Shown here: positions 16,048 through 23,251 of the stretch, one piece after another
Layout: every line of letters starts with the position of its first letter
Position numbering within the stretch: position 1 is the first letter of the stretch
From: an uncultured Gammaproteobacteria bacterium
GTDB lineage: Bacteria > Patescibacteriota > Patescibacteriia > Patescibacteriales > CAZTIC01
NCBI GenBank assembly: GCA_964613625.1
Contig: CAZTIC010000003.1
Span: forward strand, 1 to 40,419
DNA: 40,419 bases
Direction of reading: 5' to 3'
Program-made: the position numbers and the translations under genes
The notes under the pieces: model-generated
What the model was told of the DNA's origin: nothing
What the model saw: only the letters and a program-made list of their open reading frames with translations
The model's database searches: none

Positions 16048-16566
16048 TTATAATAATTTTAAATAATCAAGTCCTAGGTATCCATTTTCAACATCAGTTA
16101 ATTCACCGCTACGTAAATGGTTTCTGAAATCTTCAATGGACATTTTTATTACTTCGGCAAACTCAGTGTCATTTAATTTTTGATCTCCAACCTTTCGGCA
16201 ATTTGTGGCTACGAAATTGTAGCGAAACATAGTGGAGTAGGCACAGTCGTGGCTAGTTCCAACGAGCTCTACATCCCCAGTGTAGCCAGTCTCTTCAAGT
16301 AGTTCTCTTTTGATAGCATTAATTGGCTCTTCATATTTGTTGATAGCTCCACCTGGCATTTCGAGTAATACTTTTTCCATTCCAGGTCGATATTGTTTAA
16401 CGAGAACTACATTGTTATTTTCAGTTAAGGCCAAAACACAAACCGCAGGTCCTTCGTGTTTTATATCAAAATCATGTATTTTACCGTCAGGTAATCGAAA
16501 GGTCTTTTTTAAGAGTTTTCTAAATCCTGCGCCAAATGGTTCTTCTTTTATCTTTTTCCATTTCAT
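16048..16566 (-). CDS. NUDIX hydrolase, ADP-ribose pyrophosphatase-like
   Basis: 172 aa with the Nudix box GGAINKYEEPINAIKRELLEETGY. The overall layout resembles NudF/ADPRase. Confidence 0.8.
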   Translation of the reverse strand: MKWKKIKEEPFGAGFRKLLKKTFRLPDGKIHDFDIKHEGPAVCVLALTENNNVVLVKQYRPGMEKVLLEMPGGAINKYEEPINAIKRELLEETGYTGDVELVGTSHDCAYSTMFRYNFVATNCRKVGDQKLNDTEFAEVIKMSIEDFRNHLRSGELTDVENGYLGLDYLKLL

Positions 16567-16707
16567 AGATAATTTTTTCTTTCTTTAATTTTAGTTAAAA
16601 AAGAAAACATATTTATATATTACTATTATATCAATTAATCTAATATTGACAAATTAATAAACATTGATTTGAATTAAATAAGAAAGTATTTTAAAACCCC
16701 CAATAGG

Positions 16708-16736
16708 TTGACAATTATTGAATTATTTGGTAAAAA
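16708..16736 (+). promoter_or_regulatory. Promoter: TTGACA-17-TAAAAA with a TGn extended -10
   Basis: TTGACA lies at 16708-16713, TGG at 16728-16730 and TAAAAA at 16731-16736. It sits upstream of the small ORF at 16791. Confidence 0.45.
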
Positions 16737-16790
16737 GAATAATCAATTAGATGAATTTTCACATACAAAAACAAGCTAAAGGAGGGCAAA

Positions 16791-16988
16791 TTGGACATTA
16801 AAGTAAAACATGGTAATCGTATTGCTATTATTGATGACAAGACTGGGACAAGAAGTCCCGAGGGTAATGTTTTCGAAATTGATTACGGCACTGTTACTGT
16901 AACTGTAAATGGTGAGCGTATAAACTTCGATGGAGAAACCATGAAGGGCAAAACTGTATTTGGCCCTTGCACTCTTGAAGTTGTATAA
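16791..16988 (+). CDS. Small hypothetical protein (65 aa, TTG start)
   Basis: A strong SD (GGAGGG, 16781-16786) lies 4 nt before the TTG. It has its own promoter and the terminator at 17020-17057. No motif is recognised. Confidence 0.55.
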   Translation: MDIKVKHGNRIAIIDDKTGTRSPEGNVFEIDYGTVTVTVNGERINFDGETMKGKTVFGPCTLEVV

Positions 16989-17019
16989 GGGTGAAAAAAA
17001 AATTAAATTTTCAAAAGCA

Positions 17020-17057
17020 AACCCGTTATGTTGTTTATATGCATATCGGGTTTTTTA
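17020..17057 (+). terminator. Rho-independent terminator
   Basis: AACCCG (17020-17025) pairs with CGGGTT (17047-17052), enclosing the palindrome ATATGCATAT. A TTTTTT run follows. Confidence 0.6.
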
Positions 17058-17233
17058 TTTGTTTATGAAAAAAACAACTGATTTTTATTTAGATTATAAG
17101 TACTAATCACTAACATTAGAAAATAAAATAAATTAAGCATTAATTATAAAGAAGCATTGATTTTTCAGCGTATTATATATATAATGAGTTTATAACAAAT
17201 TAATCACGCTTTTGCGTGTTTTTTCATAATATT

Positions 17234-20122
17234 ATGAGTATAATGACAAAAATATTTGGTGATCCTAATGAAAAGATCATAAAATCGTTACAACCTATAG
17301 TTGATAGCATTAATAATCTTGAATCAAAATTTGAAAAACTTAGTGATGAAGAGCTTCGGGGGATGACTGCGGAATTTCGAAAAAGACTTGATATCAATCC
17401 GCCAGCTGGCGGAGAAATATCTCAAGAAGAGATTGATAAGAGAGTGGATGCGATACTGCCAGAGGCTTTTGCTGTAGTGCGAGAAGCGTCCAAGAGGGTT
17501 CTCGGTATGAGACATTATGATGTGCAACTTATCGGAGGAATCATTCTACATCGAGGGCAGATTGGTGAAATGAAAACTGGTGAAGGTAAGACCTTGGTTG
17601 CGACGGCTGCTCTGTACTTGAATGCACTAGTTGGTAAAGGTGTGCATCTCGTGACTGTGAATGACTACTTGTCTCGAGTTGGTGCTGGTTGGATGGCTCC
17701 AGTGTATGATGCTCTTGGAATGTCTGTTGGTGTTATAATCCATGACTCAGCTTTGGTATACGACAAGAGTTTTACAGACGACACTCAGTATGATCCACGT
17801 CTTAAGCACTTTTGTCTGGTTACTCGTGGTGAAGCATATCAGGTTGATATTACATATGGGACCAATAATGAATTTGGTTTTGATTATTTGCGAGATAATA
17901 TGGTGCCAACCCTTGATCGGATGGTACAGAGAAGTTTGTATTATGCGATTGTTGATGAGGTTGATTCTATTTTGATCGATGAAGCTAGAACTCCGCTTAT
18001 TATTTCAGCGCCAGCTGAGGAGTCAACTGATAAATATTTCAAATTTGCTGAACTTGTGAAGAGGCTCAAGGAAAATACAACCAAGCAAAAAGATGAAGAG
18101 CAGAGTGAAGAAGAAGAGGATGGTGACTATAATGTAGATGAAAAAATGCGATCAGTTACGTTATCAGAAAGTGGTATATCAAAGATGGAAAAATGGCTTG
18201 GGATGGATAATATATATGTGAGTGGAGGAATAAAAGAGGTCCATCATATCGAACAAGCTCTCAAGGCTCAAGTAATGTTCAAGCGAGAGAAGGACTATGT
18301 GATAAAGGACGGTGAGGTTATCATCGTGGATGAATTTACTGGACGCATGATGCATGGAAGACGATATAGTGAAGGTCTTCATCAAGCGATCGAGGCTAAA
18401 GAAGGAGTAAAGATTCAAAGAGAGTCACAAACTCTGGCTACTATTACTTTTCAAAATTATTTCAGAATGTTTACCAAACTTGGAGGTATGACTGGTACTG
18501 CTATTACCGAGGCTGAGGAATTTTCAAAGATTTACGAATTAGAAACTATTGTAATACCTACTAATAAACCAAATGTGAGAAACGACATGAATGATCTCAT
18601 CTATAGAACAGAAGAGGGTAAATACAAGGCTGTTATTGAAGACGTGAAAGAAAGAAGCAAAAAAGGTCAACCTATTTTGATTGGTACTATTTCTATTGAA
18701 AAAAATGAATTGCTTACTGATATGATGGAGCGAGAAGGCCTACATCCTCAATTATTAAACGCTAAAAATCACGAAAAAGAAGCCAAAATTATAGCTCAAG
18801 CTGGAAAACCTGGTTCTATTACTATTGCTACCAATATGGCTGGTCGTGGAGTTGATATTATCCTTGGTGGACCTTCGGAAGAAACTGGCGAAATGGATAA
18901 AGAGGAGCAGGAAAAAGTAAAGAAATTAGGCGGGCTTCATGTGATCGGAACTGAACGTCATGAATCTAGACGTATCGATAATCAGCTTCGTGGTCGTGCC
19001 GGTCGTCAAGGTGATCCTGGATCTTCTCAATTTTATGTATCTATGGATGATGATCTAATGAGAATATTTGGTGGCGACAAGATGAAAAACATAATGACAA
19101 CATTGCGTGTACCAGAAGACATGCCGATTGAGAACAAAATTATTTCTAAATCTATCGAATCAGCTCAAAGAAAAGTAGAGGGACATAACTTCGACACTAG
19201 AAAACATTTGGTTGAATATGATGATGTTATTAATAAACACAGAGAAACAATTTACAGTCGTCGGAAAGAAATACTTGAAGTTTTAGGTAGTGGTGTCATT
19301 CTGGAGGGAGAGAGTGACGAGCGATCGATAGAATCTCAAGACTCTATTGCTTCGCTCCAAGATAACAAGGGTCTGTCTAAGATTATTTTAGATATGGTTG
19401 AGGGTGAGATAGAGCAGGTGGTTAGCTTCCATACTGTGGATGATAATATCAAAGAATGGAATCTGGAAGAGATCTATCAAGTAGCGTCTACTATATTTCC
19501 AGTGGAGAAAAAACTACAAACTGATATGGGGGAATTTATCAAAGAAGACAATAAATTAGACAAGGCTAATGCTCGAACTGCGATTATTGAGTACTTATTT
19601 AAATTAGCAAATGAAAAATATGATTTTATTGATAACAAATTCAAAGAGGCAGGGCTGAAGTTCGCTGAGATTGAAAAGAGTGTATTGATTCGTTCTATAG
19701 ATACTTTATGGATAGAACACCTTGAAGCTATGACTGCTATGCGGCAGGGAATAGGTCTACGTGGTTATGGTCAACGTGATCCATTAGTAGAATACAAAAA
19801 AGAAGCTTATGGACTTTATAATGAGCTTAATAATCTAATTCAAAGACAAGTGGTTTACTCAATATTCAAAGTAGGAGATGTAACTGAATTCGGTTCTCCT
19901 AGTATCATTGATAGAGCCGCTAGCTTTAGCGCTCCTTCCAAGGTGATGGACTCAGGCTCTTTTTCTTTTTCTGGATTCAAACAAGGTGGTCAATCAGATA
20001 ACTCTAAGTCTAGTGATATTGTGAAGCCGAAGATGAAAGATGAAGAGGGCAATAAAGTGGGCAGAAATGATCCTTGTCCTTGTGGGAGTGGGAAGAAATA
20101 TAAAAAGTGTTGCGGTAAATAA
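17234..20122 (+). CDS. secA: Preprotein translocase ATPase SecA
   Basis: The N-terminus MSIMTKIFGDPNEK aligns with SecA N-termini. The track ORF starts at GTG 17216, and ATG 17234 or 17243 is more likely. Motifs include MKTGEGKTLVA, DEVDSILIDEARTPLIIS and TNMAGRGVDI, with the C-terminal zinc motif CPCGSGKKYKKCCG. Confidence 0.95.
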   Translation: MSIMTKIFGDPNEKIIKSLQPIVDSINNLESKFEKLSDEELRGMTAEFRKRLDINPPAGGEISQEEIDKRVDAILPEAFAVVREASKRVLGMRHYDVQLIGGIILHRGQIGEMKTGEGKTLVATAALYLNALVGKGVHLVTVNDYLSRVGAGWMAPVYDALGMSVGVIIHDSALVYDKSFTDDTQYDPRLKHFCLVTRGEAYQVDITYGTNNEFGFDYLRDNMVPTLDRMVQRSLYYAIVDEVDSILIDEARTPLIISAPAEESTDKYFKFAELVKRLKENTTKQKDEEQSEEEEDGDYNVDEKMRSVTLSESGISKMEKWLGMDNIYVSGGIKEVHHIEQALKAQVMFKREKDYVIKDGEVIIVDEFTGRMMHGRRYSEGLHQAIEAKEGVKIQRESQTLATITFQNYFRMFTKLGGMTGTAITEAEEFSKIYELETIVIPTNKPNVRNDMNDLIYRTEEGKYKAVIEDVKERSKKGQPILIGTISIEKNELLTDMMEREGLHPQLLNAKNHEKEAKIIAQAGKPGSITIATNMAGRGVDIILGGPSEETGEMDKEEQEKVKKLGGLHVIGTERHESRRIDNQLRGRAGRQGDPGSSQFYVSMDDDLMRIFGGDKMKNIMTTLRVPEDMPIENKIISKSIESAQRKVEGHNFDTRKHLVEYDDVINKHRETIYSRRKEILEVLGSGVILEGESDERSIESQDSIASLQDNKGLSKIILDMVEGEIEQVVSFHTVDDNIKEWNLEEIYQVASTIFPVEKKLQTDMGEFIKEDNKLDKANARTAIIEYLFKLANEKYDFIDNKFKEAGLKFAEIEKSVLIRSIDTLWIEHLEAMTAMRQGIGLRGYGQRDPLVEYKKEAYGLYNELNNLIQRQVVYSIFKVGDVTEFGSPSIIDRAASFSAPSKVMDSGSFSFSGFKQGGQSDNSKSSDIVKPKMKDEEGNKVGRNDPCPCGSGKKYKKCCGK
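17398..17413. repeat. Perfect 16-nt GC-rich palindrome inside secA
   Basis: TCCGCCAGCTGGCGGA is its own reverse complement. It encodes PPAGG within a segment that is longer than the corresponding E. coli region as I recall it. Confidence 0.75.
19295..19360 (+). repeat. GC-enriched hairpin element embedded in frame in secA
   Basis: The sequence is GTCATTCTGGAGGGAGAGAGTGACGAGCGATCGATAGAATCTCAAGACTCTATTGCTTCGCTCCAAG. One stem pairs GAGCGA (19319-19324) with TCGCTC (19352-19357). An inner stem pairs TAGAATC with GACTCTA (19329-19346). It contains GAGCGATCGATAG, related to the AGCGATAGCG loop motif, and encodes VILEGESDERSIESQDSIASLQ. Confidence 0.55.
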
Positions 20123-20143
20123 ATACTTCCTTCCTTCTTTGTT

Positions 20144-20175
20144 ATCCCGGATGAGCGATAGCGAAGATCCGGGAT
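20144..20175. repeat. Hairpin with the conserved AGCGATAGCG loop (copy 3)
   Basis: ATCCCGGAT (20144-20152) pairs with ATCCGGGAT (20167-20175). The loop is GAGCGATAGCGAAG. It lies 22 nt after the secA stop and has no T-run. Confidence 0.7.
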
Positions 20176-20231
20176 CCAGGGGTAGTCCGTAGGTTTGTGA
20201 ATTTTTAATAATCGTTTAGAAATAATTAATT

Positions 20232-20255
20232 TTACTTTTTGAAAGCAAAAAGTAA
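20232..20255. repeat. Perfect AT-rich hairpin
   Basis: TTACTTTTTG-aaag-CAAAAAGTAA forms a 10-bp stem. Confidence 0.6.
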
Positions 20256-20264
20256 CAAAAACTT

Positions 20265-20351
20265 TTGGGGTGAACAATTCGCTATTGCGCCAATTGTAAT
20301 TAATATGCGTCTAGCAGGGGCGCTCAGTGTCTCACCCCAAACCCCGGGAGG
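20265..20351 (+). repeat. Long stem-loop ending in a family-U half unit
   Basis: TTGGGGTGA (20265-20273) pairs with TCACCCCAA (20332-20340). An inner stem pairs GCGCC (20287-20291) with GGCGC (20319-20323). The 3' part, CTCACCCCAAACCCCGGGAGG followed by TTTTT, matches the CCTCACCCCAACCC family. Confidence 0.6.
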
Positions 20352-20389
20352 TTTTTAAACTATTTTTTGAAATAATATTTTAAAATAAT

Positions 20390-20947
20390 ATGAATACGAA
20401 AAAAGTTATTATAATTCATGGTTGGGAGACGGATCCTAGTTGTAACTGGTTTCCTTGGTTAAAGGCGGAATTAGAAAAGATTGGTTGTGAAGCGATTGTA
20501 CCGGAAATGTCGAATACGAATCATCCTCAAATGACAGAGTGGTTGAATTATTTGGATGAAGTGGTTGGAGGGATTAATGAAAATACTTATTTTGTTGGAC
20601 ATAGCTTGGGTGTGATTACAGCTTTGCGTTACTTAGAACGACAGTCATTTGATACCAAGGTTGGTGGGGCCGTGCTTGTGGCTGGTTTTCCGGATGTGAT
20701 TGGGTATCCTGCATTGGATAATTTTTTTGTGACTCCTTTGGATTTTGGGAAAGTAAAAAATAAAGCTAAGAAGTTTGTTGTTATTCACTCTGATAATGAT
20801 CAACATGTCCCACTGATGTGTGGTGATATTTTTCAAGATAAGCTTGAAGCAGAGTTAATTGTAATAAATAATGGTGGTCATTTGAATGATGGAGATAGAT
20901 CCTTTGGGTTTCCTTTGGTTTTGGAGAAGTTGAAGGAGATGTTTTAA
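20390..20947 (+). CDS. Alpha/beta serine hydrolase, YdeN/RBBP9-like family
   Basis: 185 aa with VIIIHGW, NWFPWLK, the nucleophile elbow GHSLG, and HSDNDQHVP plus GGH near the C-terminus. Confidence 0.7.
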   Translation: MNTKKVIIIHGWETDPSCNWFPWLKAELEKIGCEAIVPEMSNTNHPQMTEWLNYLDEVVGGINENTYFVGHSLGVITALRYLERQSFDTKVGGAVLVAGFPDVIGYPALDNFFVTPLDFGKVKNKAKKFVVIHSDNDQHVPLMCGDIFQDKLEAELIVINNGGHLNDGDRSFGFPLVLEKLKEMF

Positions 20948-20996
20948 TGTCATGTCAAAAATAAGGGTAAAAACAGCAAGTTATTAATAATTTAGC

Positions 20997-21017
20997 CGTA
21001 ATTCGTAATTCGTAATT
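20997..21017 (+). repeat. Tandem heptamer (CGTAATT)x3
   Basis: CGTAATTCGTAATTCGTAATT is followed by GAAAATTGATAATTGATT (AATTGA repeated). It lies immediately upstream of the secD promoter. Confidence 0.85.
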
Positions 21018-21041
21018 GAAAATTGATAATTGATTAAAGGC

Positions 21042-21070
21042 TTGCATTTATTTATATTATATTTTAAAAT
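21042..21070 (+). promoter_or_regulatory. Promoter: TTGCAT-17-TAAAAT (secDF)
   Basis: TTGCAT lies at 21042-21047 and TAAAAT at 21065-21070. Confidence 0.45.
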
Positions 21071-21156
21071 GTATCTACATGTTAATAATATAGGGGGTAT
21101 TTTTATAAATGCCTTTTATTTTATCAAAAAGTACTTAATTACAAAAAATTACAAAT

Positions 21157-23247
21157 ATGTCAGAAAATATTATTCAAAAGATACTAAAACCATCTGCGCG
21201 TGGAAGAGTGTGGCAGATGTTTATTGTTATTATTTTATTAGTTTTGATTGGAGGATTAATTGACGCTGGAAGTTATTATAATAAGGGAGTAGATGTGATA
21301 AAAGCAAAAACTGGAGATACTATTGCCTTACCTTATATGAAAGAGGTTCCTTTTCGTTTAGGTTTGGACTTACAAGGTGGTACTCATTTAGTCTATGAGG
21401 CTGATGTTAGTCTAATAGATTCAAAAGACAAAGATAGTGCGGTAGAGGGTGTAAGAGACGTTATCGAAAGAAGGGTAAATGTATTTGGTGTTAGTGAGCC
21501 TTTGGTGCAAGTAAACAAAACTACGGCTGGAGATTATAGAATCATTGCAGAGCTTGCTGGAATAAATGATGTTAATGAGGCTATTAAGATGATTGGAGAA
21601 ACTCCTCTTTTGGAATTTAAAGAACAAGCTATGGAGCAAAGAGATTTAACTGAAGAAGAGATCGCTCAAATAGAAGAATATAATAACAAAGCCAAAGAAA
21701 AAGGAGAAGAGGTGCTTGGTAAGGTTTTATCTGGCGGTGATTTTGGAGTTTTGGCAAAAGAGTTTAGCGAAGATGCTAGCACTAAAGACGCAGGCGGTGA
21801 TTTAGGTTGGATAACAGAAGATGTTAATAGCGAAATAGTGAGTATTGTTAAGAATTTAGAAATAGACAGCACTAATAGCGACATTATTCAAAAAAGTGCT
21901 GGTTACGAAATAGCGAAACTAGAAGAAAAAAGAGAAAAAACTGATCCATTTACAAATGAGGCAGAGAAGGAAATAGAAGCTTATCATCTTTTGCTTTGTT
22001 ATGAAGGGGTGGAAGGATGTGAGAGTGGTTTGAGTAAAGATGATGCTTATACCAAAATCAAAGAACTAAAAGATCAAGCTACGCCTGAAAATTTTATAGA
22101 TTTAGCTAAAGAAAATTCACAAGAGCCAGGTGCAAATGGCACAGGTGGTTATTTAGGATGGTTTGGAAAGGGTATGATGGTGGAGCCTTTTGAGGATACT
22201 GTATTTCCACAAGAGGTAGGTACTGTATCTTATGTAGTTGAAACTCAATTTGGTTATCATATTATTTACAAAAAAGATGAGAGGAATATCATTGAATATA
22301 AAGTTAGCCATATCTATATAGATAGAATGACAGAGGCGGAAATCCTAGGTCCCCAGGATGATTGGAAAAATACTGAGCTAACTGGAAAATATTTAGATAG
22401 AGCAGTGGTATCTTTTAATCCAAACGATGGTTCTCCTGAAGTATCTTTAGAATTTGATAGTGAGGGTGGAGACTTGTTTGCAGATATTACCGGCAGGAAT
22501 GTCGGTAAGCCAGTAGCTATTTTCTTGGATGGTTATCCAATCAGCGTTCCAAACGTGAATGAAAAAATAACTGGTGGTAGGGCTGTTATAAATGGAAGGT
22601 TTAATCTCGAAGAAGCTAAACTTCTCGTACAGAGACTTAATGCTGGTGCTTTGCCAGTGCCGATTGAACTTATTAGTCAAAAGACGGTTGGTGCTAGCCT
22701 TGGTCATCAATCAGTATTAGATAGTTTAAACGCATGCTTGATCGGACTTCTTTTGGTGGCGATATTTATGATTTTGTTTTATAGATTGCCTGGTATTCTA
22801 GCTGTTATTTCTTTGACTATTTACGGTATATTAGTGTTAGCAGTGTTCAAAATCTGGTCAGTAACGCTTTCGCTCGCTGGTCTTGCTGGATTTATATTAT
22901 CAGTTGGTATGGCGGTGGACGCTAATGTTCTTATATTTGAAAGATTTAAAGAAGAACTCAAAATGGGTAAGCCACTACTAAATGCAATTGACGAAGGATT
23001 CAAAAGAGCTTGGCCGTCAATTCGTGATGGAAACATCTCTACATTAATCACGTGTGTTATATTGTTTACTTTCTCAACTAGTATTGTGAAGGGGTTCGCT
23101 ATTACACTTGGACTTGGAGTACTCGTATCTATGTTCTCAGCAATTGTTATCACCAAGAACTTACTTTCATTGATACTCGGGAGATGGGCTGAAAAACACA
23201 CTTGGTTACTCGGAGTAAAAAAGAAAAATAATAATAACGAAGAATAA
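21157..23247 (+). CDS. secD: Protein translocase subunit SecD with inserted parvulin-type PPIase modules
   Basis: 696 aa. SecD blocks are LGLDLQGGTHLVYE, FGVSEPLVQ, PLLEF, ELTGKYL, PVAIFLDG and the C-terminal 6-TM region with VDANVLIFER. Residues ~160-395 carry GGDLGWI ... GYEI and AYHLLL ... GGYLGWFGKGMMVEPFEDTVF ... FGYHIIYK (PpiC/parvulin signatures). Confidence 0.9.
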   Translation: MSENIIQKILKPSARGRVWQMFIVIILLVLIGGLIDAGSYYNKGVDVIKAKTGDTIALPYMKEVPFRLGLDLQGGTHLVYEADVSLIDSKDKDSAVEGVRDVIERRVNVFGVSEPLVQVNKTTAGDYRIIAELAGINDVNEAIKMIGETPLLEFKEQAMEQRDLTEEEIAQIEEYNNKAKEKGEEVLGKVLSGGDFGVLAKEFSEDASTKDAGGDLGWITEDVNSEIVSIVKNLEIDSTNSDIIQKSAGYEIAKLEEKREKTDPFTNEAEKEIEAYHLLLCYEGVEGCESGLSKDDAYTKIKELKDQATPENFIDLAKENSQEPGANGTGGYLGWFGKGMMVEPFEDTVFPQEVGTVSYVVETQFGYHIIYKKDERNIIEYKVSHIYIDRMTEAEILGPQDDWKNTELTGKYLDRAVVSFNPNDGSPEVSLEFDSEGGDLFADITGRNVGKPVAIFLDGYPISVPNVNEKITGGRAVINGRFNLEEAKLLVQRLNAGALPVPIELISQKTVGASLGHQSVLDSLNACLIGLLLVAIFMILFYRLPGILAVISLTIYGILVLAVFKIWSVTLSLAGLAGFILSVGMAVDANVLIFERFKEELKMGKPLLNAIDEGFKRAWPSIRDGNISTLITCVILFTFSTSIVKGFAITLGLGVLVSMFSAIVITKNLLSLILGRWAEKHTWLLGVKKKNNNNEE

Positions 23248-23251
23248 AAAT

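Noticed and set aside
15813-16588. Plus-strand ORFs 15813-16127 and 16310-16588
   Set aside because: They are antisense to the HEIGH protein and NUDIX genes, and they have no independent signals.
17204-17224. Small hairpin CACGC-tttt-GCGTG plus T6 just upstream of the secA start, as a possible attenuator
   Set aside because: The stem is only 5 bp and the T-run overlaps the start region. It is too weak to call without transcript data.
20265-20340. Possible tRNA (7-bp acceptor-like stem GGGGTGA/TCACCCC spanning ~75 nt)
   Set aside because: The interior cannot be folded into D, anticodon and T arms. There is no GTTCRANYC T-loop, no D-loop GG and no conserved U8/A14. The 3' strand is part of the CCTCACCCCAACCC repeat family.
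20997-21017. CRISPR-like repeats (here and at 26492-26512)
   Set aside because: These are contiguous 7-nt tandem repeats without spacers. No 25-40-nt repeat/spacer periodicity or cas genes occur anywhere in the window.
21094-21137. Possible 9-codon upstream ORF (MPFILSKST) with a GGGGG SD-like run in the secD leader
   Set aside because: It is very short, the SD-to-ATG spacing is rather long (~10 nt), and conservation cannot be assessed. It may well be a chance occurrence in AT-rich sequence.
17324-23201. Internal or antisense ORFs within secA, the hydrolase gene and secD (17324-17527, 17742-17975, 18179-18418, 19990-20277, 20645-20836, 21030-21263, 21421-21639, 21666-21884, 22447-22710, 22821-23201)
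   Set aside because: They overlap strongly supported genes in other frames or on the other strand. ORF 19990-20277 also runs through the intergenic hairpins. None has a recognisable motif.
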